Assembly (NCBI RefSeq): GCF_963921235.1 | Contig: NC_086097.1 | Span: 183,336,001 to 183,400,000 of the forward strand | DNA: 64,000 nucleotides | Origin: Mobula hypostoma | Lineage: Eukaryota | Direction: 5' to 3' | Shown here: in pieces, positions 38,560 to 50,560 of the stretch | Layout: every line of letters begins with the position of its first letter | How positions within the stretch are numbered: position 1 is the stretch's first letter | The notes under the pieces: generated by a model | What the model was told of the DNA's origin: nothing | Database searches by the model: none | The model's input: the letters and a program-made list of their open reading frames with translations, nothing else | Made by a program: the position numbers and the translations under genes

Positions 38560-40732
38560 AATAAGTTTCCAAAGTAAATCTGGAAAAAGATTGGTCCAGT
38601 TTGTGGGTTGAGATTCTAAATTGGAGAAGGGCCTATTTTGATGGTATCAGAAAGGATCTGGCAAGTGTGGATTGGAATAGGCTGTTTTCTGGTAAGAGCG
38701 AGGGCTTCAAAAGTGACATTTTGAGAAAACAAAGCTTGTACTTGCCTGTCAGATTAAAAGGTAAAGATAACAGCTGTAGGAACCTCGGTTTTCAAGAGAT
38801 GGTTGAGAACAAAAAGGTTAATTGCAGGTATAAGCAGGTAGGAACAAATGAGGCACTTATGGAGTACGTGTAAGAAATGCAAGAGGTCACTTAAGAAAGA
38901 AATCAGGAGTGCTAAAAGAAGGCGTGAGGTTGCCTTAGCAGACAAGACAAAGGAGAAGCTTAAGGGCTTCTACAAATATGTTAAGAGCGAAAAGATTACA
39001 AGGGATAAAATTGGTCCTCTGGAAGATCAGAATGGTAATCCATGCATGGAGCCAAAAGAAATGGGGGAGATGTTAAATGATTTTTTTTGCATCTGTATTT
39101 ACTCAGGAGATGGACATAGTCTATAAAAGTAAGGCAAAATGGCATCAACTTCATGAACTCTATAACAGATTACAGAGGAGGAGGTGTTTACTGTCTTGAG
39201 GCTAATTAGGGTGGATAAATTCACAGGGGCTGACAAGGTGTTCCTTTTAACCCTGCAAGGGCAGAAATTGCCAGGGCTCGTACAGAGATATTTAAATCAT
39301 CCTTAGCAACAGGTGAGGTGGCAGGAAATTGGAGGATAGCCAATGTTGTTTCGCTGCTTAAGAAAGGCTCTAAAAAATAAGCCAGGAAAATGTAGGCCAG
39401 TTAACCTGACATCAGTAGTGGGAAGGTATTCTAAAGGACTGGATACATGAATATTTGGATAGACATAGACTGATTAAGGGTAGTCAGCATAGCTTTATGC
39501 ATGGTTGGTTGTTTCTAACCAATCTTATAGAGTTTTTCGAGCAAGTTACCAGGAAAGTTGAAGAAGACCAGGCAGTGGATGTTGTCTACGTGGACTTTAG
39601 CAAGGCATTTGACAAGGTTCCACACAGAAGGTTGGTCAAGAAGGTTCAGTCGTTTGGTTTTTTGGATAAGGTAGACATTGGCTTTGTGGGAGAATCAGGA
39701 AGTGGTAGTAGATGGTTGTCTCTCTGACTGGAGGCCTGTGAATAGTGGAACGCTGCAAGGATTGGTGCTGGGTCCATTATTGTTTGTCATCTATATCAAT
39801 GATCTGGACGATAATGTGGTTAACTAGATCAGCAAATTTGAGGATGACACTCAGATTGGGGGTGTAGTGGACAGTGAGGAAGGCTATCATGGTTTGTAGC
39901 AGTATCAGGGCTAGCTGGAAAAATGTGCTGAAAAATGGCACTTAGAATTTAATGTACACGAGTGCGAGGTATTGCACTTCAGTAGGACCAACCAGGGTAG
40001 GTCTTACACAGTGAATGGTAGGGCACTAAGAAGTGCAGTTGAACAAAGGGATATGGGATATGAGAGGTCCATAATTTATTGAAAGTGGTGTCACAGGTAG
40101 ATAGGGTTGTAGAGAAAGCTTTTGGCACACTGGACTTCATAAGATGCAATGTTATGTGGAAGTTGTATGAGACATTGGTGAGGCCTAATTTGGAGTATTG
40201 CGTGCAGTTTTGCTCACCTACCTTCAAGAAAGATGTGCATAAGGTTGAAAGAGTACAGAGGAAAACTTACAAGGATATTGCTGGGTCTGGAGGACTTGAG
40301 TTATACGGAAAGATTGAATAGCTTAGCACTTTATTCCATTGAGCACAGAAGATTCTGAGGAGGTTTGATGGAGGTATACAAAATTGTGATGGGTATAGAT
40401 AGGGAAAATACAAACAGGCTTTTTCCACGGAAGTTGGGTGGAACCTCAGAGATTATGGATTAAAGATGGAAGGTGAAAAGTTTAAAGGGAACATGAGGGG
40501 AAACTTCTTCACTCAGTGGGTCATGACAGTGTGGTACCAGCTGCCAGTACAAACGGTATATACAAGCTTGATGTCAATGTTTAAGAGAAATCTGGATAGG
40601 TACATGGATGGGTCGCGTATGCAGGGCTATGGTTCCCATGCAGGTTGATGAGAGTAGGAAGTTAAAATGGCTCGGCACGGACTAGATGGGCCTAAGGGCC
40701 TGTTTCTGTGCTGTACTTTTCTATGACTCTGT
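38560..40732 (+). mobile_element. CR1 LINE, about 2.2 kb, decayed
   Basis: LNWRRAYFDGIR, KGFYKYVKS, DFSKAFDKVPH, RPNLEYCVQF, GNFFTQ, 3' tail. Confidence 0.92.
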
Positions 40733-40752
40733 AAGAAATAAATGTAACTTAC

Positions 40753-40852
40753 TGGTTTCCTGAAGCATCCGGGGTGGAAAAAAATGGCTGGCTAATAATG
40801 CAGGCAACACATTTTGCTTCAGTCAAAGGTATTCCAGAAACAGTCTTTTCCA
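40753..40852 (-). CDS. TMEM67: TMEM67 exon 4
   Basis: tgttaaAG, (V)EKTVSGIPLTEAKCVACIISQPFFSTPDASGN(Q), GTAAGT; 100 nt, phases fit both neighbours. Confidence 0.92.
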
Positions 40853-40958
40853 CTTTAACAAAATCAAAAAATCTACATTAAGCAATTTTCATTTCATTAT
40901 TCTTTTCAATAGAAGACTTCTGTATGTCAAAGTTGAAAATGAATAATCAAACCATATA

Positions 40959-42537
40959 CAGGTTTCCCCCGCCATCCAAAGGTAGAGTGTTCCTATGAAA
41001 CGGTTCGTAAGCCGAAATGTCGTAAAGTGAGGAAGCAATTACCATTTATTTATATGGGAAAATTTTGTGAGCGTTTGCAGACCCAAAAATAACCTACCAA
41101 ATCATGCCAAATAACACATAAAACCTAAAATAACAGTACCATATAGTAAAAGCAGGAATAGTATGATAAATACACAGCCTATATAAAGTAGAAATACTTT
41201 TCCACAAACATTGCCGGCACTGTTCGCCGAAGCAAAAATCTCACGCAAGCGCTGTTGGCAAAAACACGGCGCAAGTGCTCTCCAGTAACCTTTAAGCTAT
41301 GAAGCTGCAAATCATATCAAATAACATGTAAAAATACACAGCCTATATATAGTAGAAAGAATGTGTGTACAGTGTAGTATCACTTACCGGAATTGGTTCA
41401 GCGCCGAGCACACTGATGATGGTGTGTTAGACTGAGTCGTCGCAGGTTGGGTGGTGCAGTGGCCCCCACCCTCCGGGCCGCCAACCGATACATTGCCACG
41501 AAGCATGCAGGGGTCCAGTAGTAGCCGGGAGGCACACAGCACATCCTTAAGAAAAAAGCCAAAATAAACATGCTAATTAATTAAGTGCCACCCGACACAT
41601 AATTGTCAGCTCAGATCAGTGCCGATTGCATTGCCTCTGATCTGGGCCGGCATTTACGTGTGGGGCGGCACCTAATTAAATAGTGTGTTTATTTCGGCTT
41701 TTTTCTTAAAGATGTGCTGTATGCCTCCCGGCTACAGCTGCATTCTCCGCGAATCGGTATCTGTCCGTGGCCCAGGGGTTGGGGTGGTGGGACACTGGGG
41801 TGTCATCTGTTTCCATTAGGGCAGACAGCTCATCTTCTCCTATGACTGCCCGCATCAATGTTGAAGGTCGAGGTTCGTCGCCTGCTGTGGTTGATGTGGA
41901 AGGCTCGCTTGACTGCTGAGCCTCGCACATTTTTCTATCATACAGTTCTTTGTAAGGACTCAAACCATCTTGCAAATATCCCCAAAACTACATACCGTTT
42001 CAAAATTAAAGTCGTACTTTATCATTGCAGCGAAAATCTCACACAGTTGCTTCACATTCATTTCGCTACTGCATTCGGTTTTGATTGTTATCCTTTCCTC
42101 TTCCAATTGCATCAGCTCTTCATCTATCAGTTCTTGGCCACGGGATGCCAAAACCTCTTCAACATCATCTTCGTCAGCTTCCACAAGCCAAACTCACGTT
42201 GTCCTTACTTCATTCACCACAATCAAAACGCTTAATTATGTCTAGTTTTACGCTACGTGTAACACCCTTACGAGTTCTTTCAGGCTTTTCTGACACCTCA
42301 GAACTCATCTTGCAAATGGCTGCTCACAGGCGTGTGTTGAAGCAATGCTGTTCCGAATCCGGGAGAGAGCGGCTGCTCGGGGCGCACGCTGCCTTTTATT
42401 GTGTGCTGATTTTTTATCGCGCGCTGATTTTTTTCGTAACAGTGAAAACACCTTTTAGTGAAAACAGGGTACTAATATAGGTCTTTCGTAACAGTGAGGT
42501 TTGTCAAAGCAAACATTCGAAAAGCGGGCGACACCTG
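40959..42537 (-). mobile_element. Tigger/pogo-type DNA transposon, internally deleted
   Basis: TA-flanked TIRs CAGGTTTCCCCCGC / CAGGTGTCGCCCGC. N-terminal CENP-B-like KRTRKGVT.SVKLDIIKRFD.GE is fused directly to C-terminal DEDDVEEVLAS.GQELIDEELMQLEEE; DDE domain absent. Confidence 0.82.
41457..41797. repeat. Palindromic hAT/Charlie-like MITE inside the Tigger element
   Basis: About 99-bp inverted arms (41521-41619 and 41637-41735). Outer ends CAGTGGCCCCCACCCTCCGGGCCGC / CAGTGTCC...CCCCAACCCCTGGGCCAC resemble Charlie TIRs. Confidence 0.65.
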
Positions 42538-43567
42538 TAATACGAAATCCACAATTCACTGATAAACTACTCCTTAAATAAGGTATTTCTGAGCAAAATG
42601 CAGTGCCCTAAAATCCATCTACATAGTGCTGTTTCTTTCAGATTTTTGTAATTAAAAATTGACTTTACCCAGAGTGAACCATGATATTGACCATTTTCAA
42701 GCTGCTTCGCATCATTCCTGAAAACTGACTGGGTACTTCTGGAATAATTGACTTGTATCCTACAAGATTTCATCATTTGTCCTGCAATACTATTTTTGGA
42801 GAATTATGGGGAAATATGTTTAGGCCCTGGCTCACTCCAACTGATTTTGTAGGCCACACAACTTCCCTACATTCCAAGACTTAAGAAACTATAATGTCAG
42901 ATGTACCAGAGGGCCAGTCCATCCACACACCTGGCCCACTGATATCTCCAGGATCGCTGAATCTCAATATTTGAATCTTCAGAACCTCAAAGTCAAGGTT
43001 TATTGATTGGTCAAAATATAATAACACCCTGATTTCGAGAACCCCTACAAATATCCAATTAGCCAACTAGTTGGTAGATAAAATGTTCACTGTAAATTGT
43101 CTCATGATTAGGCTCTGATTAAATTGTGGGATTGCTTGGAAGCATGGCTCAAAAGGCTGGAAGGGCCTATCCTATTCCTGGCTGTATCTCAATAAATAAA
43201 CAAATTAAATGATTGACGTCCACTTAACTAATCACCATCATCTATTCCAGTTTACTCTTCTACTTCAGAAGCCTCCACCTGTTCCTTAACTTTTTTTTTG
43301 CAAACTGTTCCTCCAGCTCTTCCCAGCCACTTTCCTTCCTCAGTATCCCAACACTCGGTTCCCAGTTGTCAGCAACTAGTTGTCAAGACCTGATTCTTAT
43401 GACTTAACAGCTGACCTCACTCTCAACAGCACATCTTCCATTATAAACACTCAAAATGTCCGAGTTTTCATCAGAACTATTACTGATTTACATAGCTGAA
43501 AAGTACTTTTCCCCGTACAAAGGTCTTTTATAAGTCTGCATTGTTGCTAATTACTGAACAGGCATTT

Positions 43568-44181
43568 TGATGATGATGATGATTATGAAGACATGCAGTC
43601 CTCTTTTATTGTCATTTAATAATGCATGCATTAAGAAATTATACATTATTTCCTCTGGTGTGATATCACAACACACAGGACAGACCAAGACTGAAAAAAC
43701 TGTCAAAACCACATAATTATAACATATAGTTACAACAGTGCACAATACCATAACTTGATGAGCACAGTAAAGTCCAAAGTTTCTCAGACGTCCCACATCT
43801 CACGCAGACGGGAGAAGGAAGAAAAACTCTCCCTGCCATGCCGACCACAATCCAACTCTGAGTCATCTGAAAACTTCGAGCTCTGATCAGCTCTCCGACA
43901 CCAAGTACTGAGCGCCATCTCTGTCCGAATGATTTGACCTCCTTCTCGGTCGCCAAAAGCAGACAAGGCCGGGGATTTTGAGGCCTACCCTCCGAAAGAT
44001 TCCCAACCACACAGTAACGACAGCAGTGAATGGGCGTTTCAGAAATTTCTCCAGATGTTCCTCTGTGCTTTCACGTCCATTCTCCATCAAATCAGAATTG
44101 TCCACGGCCCCTATTTAACAGATACGATATCATTTTTCACCGGAGGGCTGCGCACACGCAGGCGCGCCGCCATCTTCTCCT
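43568..44181 (-). mobile_element. Second copy of the AAGATGGCGGCG-headed non-autonomous retroelement
   Basis: Reverse complement aligns end to end with 34253-34874 plus 36590-36653; (ATC)n tail. Confidence 0.82.
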
Positions 44182-44587
44182 TCAACCTTTTATAGGGTTG
44201 ATTGGGGCAATTCATTCATTCAAAAGAAAAAAAAAGGTTTAAAGCATATTTATCAAATACATAACACAACTTGTAAACTTGACAGTATTTAACTGTTAAC
44301 CATTCTGAAATTTGGATGCTGTCATGAAGAGGAATTAATATTTTTCAGGTCATCTTCAAACTGTTCTTCAAACAGTAATGTCAAATCAACTGTAAAGACA
44401 AAGCTTTAGGATGATACTTCCCCTAAAAGACTGGGAAGGTTGAATGTTATCTTACTTTACTAGATTTAGGCATAGGTAAGAATATGAGCAGCTGGTTGTG
44501 CTCTTCTCATTCATAAGGCCATAAGACATAGGAGCAGAATTAGCCCATTTGGCCCATCGAATCTGCTCTGTCAATTAATCATGGCTT

Positions 44588-44896
44588 AAAGGCATCCATT
44601 AGTCTTGCGAGACCATGGATCTGCGCCTGGAAAGTCTTCACTCTCCAGGGTGCAGGCCTGGGCAAGGTTGTATGGAAGACCAGCAGTTGCCTATGCTGCA
44701 AGCCTCCCCTCTCCATGACACCAATGTTGTCCAAGGGAAGGACTTAGGACCCATACAGCTTGGCACCAGTGTCGTCGCAGAGCAATGTGTGATTAAGTGC
44801 CTTGCTCAAGGATACAAAACGTTGCCTTGGCTGGGGCTCGAACTCACGACCTTCAGGTTGCTAGTCCAATGCCTTAACCACTTGGCCACGTGCCCA
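44588..44896 (-). mobile_element. tRNA-derived SINE with RTE-like 3' end
   Basis: A box TGGCCAAGTGG, B box GTTCGAGCC, CCTTGAGCAAGGCACTTAA core; TSD catggct at 44580-44586 and 44897-44903. Confidence 0.8.
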
Positions 44897-45103
44897 CATG
44901 GCTACTTGTCCTAATAATTTCCTATGCATTTGGTGAATTTCTTTATTGTGATTAAGGAGTTTCCTTAAATTTAAGTTCTATTATTAAATCTACATTTCTG
45001 CAACATTTTACAAATAGTTTCTCAGAAAGCTTCAGGTTACAAGTGAAAACCAAATTAACATGTCCTAAAACATGGCTAAATCATATTACTGAGCAAAACA
45101 TAC

Positions 45104-45200
45104 CTAGAACCTGTCCTGTTGGACATCGACATTTCCCATTATTATCCATAATAGCACTTGAGGAACATTTAATACAGTTCCATCCATCTTGTGTTACAGC
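45104..45200 (-). CDS. TMEM67: TMEM67 exon 3
   Basis: cttcttcaAG, AVTQDGWNCIKCSSSAIMDNNGKCRCPTGQVL, GTATGT; 97 nt; VT.DGWNCI.C motif. Confidence 0.95.
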
Positions 45201-46342
45201 CTTGAAGAAGGAAATTATAATAAAAAGTTACATAATAATAGGATGAAAATGAACAACAAAGAATGATATAAATTGGTTATAACTTATGTCTTTCACCTTC
45301 TTTATATAACCTTTAAAGCACCTGTGGGCAGGCAAAATTGGTACATACCGCACTCTCAGAGTTTCAGTTGGAAATGCAGTCAATAATGTATTTGGGGATT
45401 GTGCATGCATACCTAAATACTGCATACAGAGCAACTATATTATTATGTGTCGTTACTTATGAATTAATTCCACATTTCACCCTGCATAATGTCATAACTT
45501 CATACAAATGAAATATTTTTTAAAAATTCATTCCTGGTGTGTGAATATCACGGAGAGTTTATTGCATTATTGTATGTGATAATTGCTGCTGATTGAAAAA
45601 ATAGTTGAGACCACTCATATTGGTGGGTTTGGAGAGAGTTGTGTGTGCCCTTTCCTGAAGAAGATTAATGAATCAGTGAGTTTTGGAAAATTGGGTGATG
45701 ATTTTATTCATCCATGAAGATCCTTGGGGCGGTGGGGTTGACAAGATAGAAGTTGAGATTATTTTACTAATCACGGAATCACAAACAAGGGAACATGTGG
45801 GTAGCATAAATAAGGAGCCATACATATACAATTAGGATGTATAGAATTTTTTTTCCCTTTGGTCTTGAGGGAGGTAGAGGCCAGATCATCAGCTATATTT
45901 ACGATAAAATAGATATCTGAAAGGTCGAAGAACTGAGGGTTGTGGAAACCCCCTTACAGTACAGAGGAGGAAAACGGTCGGCGTAGCTCAGTTATGATCA
46001 TACTGAATGGTAGGCATGCCTGGGGGCCCGGTGGTCCACTGTTCCAACTATTTTTTGTGTTTTGAGATAATCCATAGTCTCATGGTTACCCATTCCATTG
46101 GAATATTTCTAAATATTCCAATAACAGAAAGAACTGATGCCAATGCATATGCAAAGATACCAGGTACATAGCCAAAACCTAGTTTGAAGATGGAGGTTAC
46201 AAAAAAAACAAAAGAAAGGTAGAGAAGCTAAGAAGTTTTAGTCAAGAATTCCAAGCTTAAGACCTTGATCGGTTTAAAAAAAATCATTCACCTATGTTTA
46301 GTGATCTGGGGAAAATTATTAGGCTAGGATTAAAAAGAAACA

Positions 46343-46867
46343 TTTTTCACACATTTTAATTCCACATCCCATTCCCATTCTGACATGTCTATCCACGGCC
46401 TCCTCTACTGTAAAGATGAAGCCACACTCAGGTTGGAGGAACAACACCTTATATTCCGTCTGGGTAGCCTCCAACCTGATGGCATGAACATTGACTTCTC
46501 TAACTTCCGCTAGGCCCCACCTCCCCCTCGTACCCCAGCTGTTACTCATTTTTATGCACACATTCTTTCTCTCACTCTCCTTTTTCTCCCTCTGTCCCTC
46601 TGAATATACCTCTTGCCCATCCTCTGGGTCACCACCCCCCCCGTCTTTCTCCCTAGGCCTCCTGTCCCATGATCCTCTCGTATCCCCTTTTGCCTATCAC
46701 CTGTCCAGCTCTCGGCTCTATCCCTCCCCCTCCAGCTTTCAAATCCCTTACTCACTCTTCCTTCAGTTAGTCCTGACGAAGGGTCTCGGCCTGAAACGTC
46801 GACTGCGCCTCTTCCTATAGATGCTGCTTGGCCTGCTGCATTCACCAGCAACTTTGATGTATGTTGC
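46343..46867 (+). mobile_element. Young Neptune-type Penelope-like element 3' fragment with pLTR
   Basis: GIY-YIG C-terminus HGLLYCKDEATLRLEEQHLIFRLGSLQPDGMNIDFSNFR*; TSD ttaaaaagaaaca at 46330-46342 and 46868-46880. Confidence 0.9.
46769..46804 (+). ncRNA. Minimal type-I hammerhead ribozyme, intact core
   Basis: AGTC CTGACGA AGG-GTCTCGG-CCT GAAAC GTC GACT: stem I AGTC/GACT, CUGANGA and GAAA cores, GUC cleavage triplet (predicted cut after 46800), palindromic ACGT stem III. Confidence 0.85.
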
Positions 46868-46893
46868 TTAAAAAGAAACAGGCATTTTGCAGG

Positions 46894-47146
46894 ACAACAG
46901 GAATTCTGCAGATGCTGGAAATTCAAGCAACACACATCGAAGTTGCTGGTGAACGCAGCAGGCCAGGCAGCATCTGTAGGAAGAGGTACAGTCGACGTTT
47001 CAGGCCGAGACCCTTCGTAGTCCTTCAGCTTCGACCCTTCAGGCCGAGTCCTGATGAAGGGTCTCGGCCTGAAACGTCGACTGCACCTCTTCCTACAGAT
47101 GCTGCCTGGCCTGCTGCATTCACCAGCAACTTTGATGGGGGTTGCT
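46894..47146. mobile_element. ORF-less fold-back PLE mini-element
   Basis: Inverted pLTR arms (46925-47017 vs 47055-47146); TSD ag(g/a)cattttgcagg at 46880-46893 and 47147-47160. Confidence 0.85.
47047..47082 (+). ncRNA. Minimal type-I hammerhead ribozyme, intact core
   Basis: AGTC CTGATGA AGG-GTCTCGG-CCT GAAAC GTC GACT; predicted cut after 47078. Confidence 0.85.
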
Positions 47147-47558
47147 AGACATTTTGCAGGGCTTGGGGAAATTGTGAATTTAAGGGTCAAAAAAGCCATG
47201 GATGGATTTCAAAACAGAGATAAGATTTTTTAAAATTAAGTATTGTTTATTGGGATGCTGGGTCTGTGAATGAACCGAAATTGTACCGAGTTAATTCATA
47301 GGCAGAAGAGCTTTGGATCAATTTATATCAGTGGTGGCTAGAACAAGTCCACGATTAAGCAGGACTGTCAAGCATTAAGGTGACAACGGTGCAACTGAGC
47401 ATTTCGACAGCAGATTGGATGAGGCAACTGAAAAGACACAAAGGAGATAGAAACTGACAGTCTGAGCCATGGAACAGATATGTGGTCAGAAATTCATTCA
47501 GTGTCAAATACAGTAACACAATTGCAAACTTAAACCTAGTACAATAGGTTGGAACTCA

Positions 47559-47729
<171 letters not shown>

Positions 47730-48284
47730 TCAAACTTCTGAGGCAGTGGATATAGTTGTTGGGATCCAATTTATTCCAGAAGTTAGAATCAAGAGAATAA
47801 CTGAAGAACGGTGCACAAACATAATCTAGTACCCATTTTAAAGTTTAATATTCTCTAAATAATTTAATTTAATATCTCCATTATATATTATTATCTAGCA
47901 TTTAGAGAATATCATTTAATTTAGAAATCAAGCAAACAGAGCAGATTGGAAATATGAGAAGCTTTGTATTAAACATTAAAAAGCTTAGCATTCCAAATCT
48001 TAGTGCCACAGTACCACTAGATAGAGAATCCGTGCAACATATGAATCCATCCCTTTGACTGGCAGCTCTTTGAAACTAAACCAGAAAGTTGCAGTCCTAT
48101 TACACTGTGAAATGAGTTTTGAATATCAAATATTTCCACCTCATAGTCTTACTCTACCCTTCCTCCCTGAAGATGCATTCATTTCCATGTTATTTTTGGA
48201 GTTGACAATTCCAAAACAGCTGACTTTCACTCTGGTTTCCACAAATTTGTTTACTAAAATTCTGCTGTCCAGACACTGTAAAGT

Positions 48285-48495
48285 ATTATCATTGTTCTTC
48301 TCCGTATCTTGTGGCACATCGTCCAGCAACCTTGCTGTTTCCTTAACATTTGTCTGTTTTTTTTTAATGAGACTGAGTTGCTAGCTTGATGCTCAACCAA
48401 GCATGAACGGAAAACATGCAAGGACCCGGCCGGATTCGAACCCGGGACCACTCGTCTCGAAGTCCGGTGCTGATGCCAGTACAACACTGGTTAGC
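48285..48495 (-). mobile_element. tRNA-derived SINE
   Basis: Perfect B box GGTTCGAATCC on the minus strand near 48432-48442; short body with A-rich, simple-repeat-like end. Confidence 0.65.
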
Positions 48496-49329
48496 ATTGT
48501 AAAGTACTATAGCACTTCTTAATTTACTGGAATAATATGCAGATTCTTGGATCATTAATCCAGGGACATAAATTGAATTACAATTCGCATAATACTAATA
48601 TCAGTGTAAGAATCCATCTGGTTCACTATTATCGTTCAGGGAAGGGGAATTTTACCTAATTTTCCTAAGTATAACTCCAGACCACAGATGTTTAATACTT
48701 TACTGCATCTTCATTTAATCCAATTTGAAAAGGACACAAACATGAGAAATAGGAGGAGTAAGCCATATGGCTCAATGTGTCTTTGGCATTTTGCTGCACT
48801 AACCCCATACTCTTGTATCCCTTAATGTCTAAAGATCTATTAATCTCAGACTTGAATACTCTGGAATTCACTACCCAAGAGGGCTGTGGGGAATTAAGTT
48901 AAATTCACAACTGTCTAAAAGAATAAATTTCTTCTGATCTTTATCCTGAAGGACTGACTCCATTTACTGAGACCCATCTCAGTCACCGGAAATATCAGCT
49001 CCACATCCACCCAATCAAGGATGTAAGAATTTTGCATGTTTCAATGATGACACATCTTATTTTTCTAGAGGGTAGGCCTAGTCTGATTAATTTCCCTGCG
49101 TGTAACTAACACACCATGCTGGGAATGAATCTGGTGAACAATCACTGTACTCCTATCACCAATAAACTTTAGCTTTACCATGTAACCATCAAAGCTCATG
49201 AATAAATGAATTAACAATTCCTAACTTACTTATTCACATTTGGAGCCCTGTACTTGTTGACCCACACTGGCTCTAGGTGTTGTGTTTCCCTTATGTTAAA
49301 ATACCAACCCTAGTTTTCAGTTCTATTTG

Positions 49330-50560
49330 TGGTATCTCCTTTAGCTCTATAGTCTTAAGATAACTGCATTCTTCCTGAAAGAAGCATAAGAATGGAATTA
49401 GGAGAGCTAGAAGGGGATGTGAGTAGGATTAAGGGAAACCCCAAGGTGTTCACATGTACAGTACATGATGAACAGGAGGATATTTAGAGGGTAAAACTGA
49501 TCAGGGATAAAAGAGGCAAGATGTGCCTGCAGTCAGAGAAAGAAGAGAAAATTCTTAATTAATATTTTTCTTCAGTATTCACCAGTGAGAGGAACCTTGG
49601 CAAATGTGAGGTCAATGTAGAACAGACTGATATGCTAGAACATGTTGATGTTAATGTTAAAAAAAGAAAATGTACTTGAACATTTGAAAAAAACAATAAG
49701 ATAGCTAACACGCTGGGGCTGGATGGGATATAACCCAGGTTACTACAGGAAGCGATTGCTGCACCTTTGGTAATGGTCATCCTCACTGGCACTAGCCAAA
49801 GGAGTAGCAGCCTAAGATTGAAGGGTGGCAAATGTTCTTCCTTTGTTCAAGATAGGGATCACCCTGGGAATTATAGACCAGAGAGTCATACATCAATGGT
49901 GGGAAAATGATTGGAAAGGATTCTTAGAGTAGAATTTACTGTACGAGTATTTAGAGAGTCTGATTAGGGATAGTTAGCATGGCTTTGCAAGGAGCAGGTC
50001 ATGCCTCACCAGCCTAATTGACTTGAGGAAGTGACAAAACAAGCTAATGAAAGCGGAACAGTAGATGTAGTGTATATGAATTTTAGTATGGCATTTGACA
50101 AGGTTCTCCTTGGTAGGCTCATTCAGAAATTCTGGAGGCTGTGTGGATTCAGAATTGGCTAACACACAGAAGGCAGAGGGTAGTAGTGGATGGAGCATAC
50201 TCTTCCTGGGACCCTTGCACTTTGTGATCTTTGTAAGTGATTTGGATGAGGAAGTGGAGGTTTGGTTATTAAGTTTGCAAATGACACGAAGATTGGTGGT
50301 GTTGTGGATAGTGTAGAAGGTTGTCATGTTACAATGGGACATTGATAGGATGCAGAGCTGGATTGAGAAGTGACAGATGTAGTTCAATCTGGAAAGGTGT
50401 TAAGTAATACACTTTGAAAGGTTGAACTTGAAGGCAGAATATAGTGTTAATAGCAGGATTCTTAACAGAATGGAGGAACAGAGCGATCTCAGGGTCATGT
50501 CCATAGATCCCTGAAAGTTGCAGTGCAAATTGCTAGCGTGGCTAAGAAGGTGTATGGGCC
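49330..50560 (+). mobile_element. Old CR1 LINE fragment (RT)
   Basis: PGNYRP, HGFARSRSCLTSL, FDKV, KFANDTKIGG motifs with many stops. Confidence 0.85.

Noticed and set aside
44820..44896. tRNA gene (also 48430-48495 and 360-430)
   Set aside because: A/B boxes are followed by SINE bodies and tails; no complete cloverleaf or pol III terminator.
46760..47150. Repeated 30-40 bp units as a CRISPR-like array
   Set aside because: Eukaryotic intron, mixed orientations, no unique spacers; explained by PLE pseudo-LTRs.
46552..47199. 215-aa and other overlapping ORFs with repeated peptides (also 53746-54195, 62609-62830)
   Set aside because: Artefacts of palindromic pLTR sequence read on both strands; only the short GIY-YIG C-terminal part of 53746-54195 is real (PLE) coding remnant.
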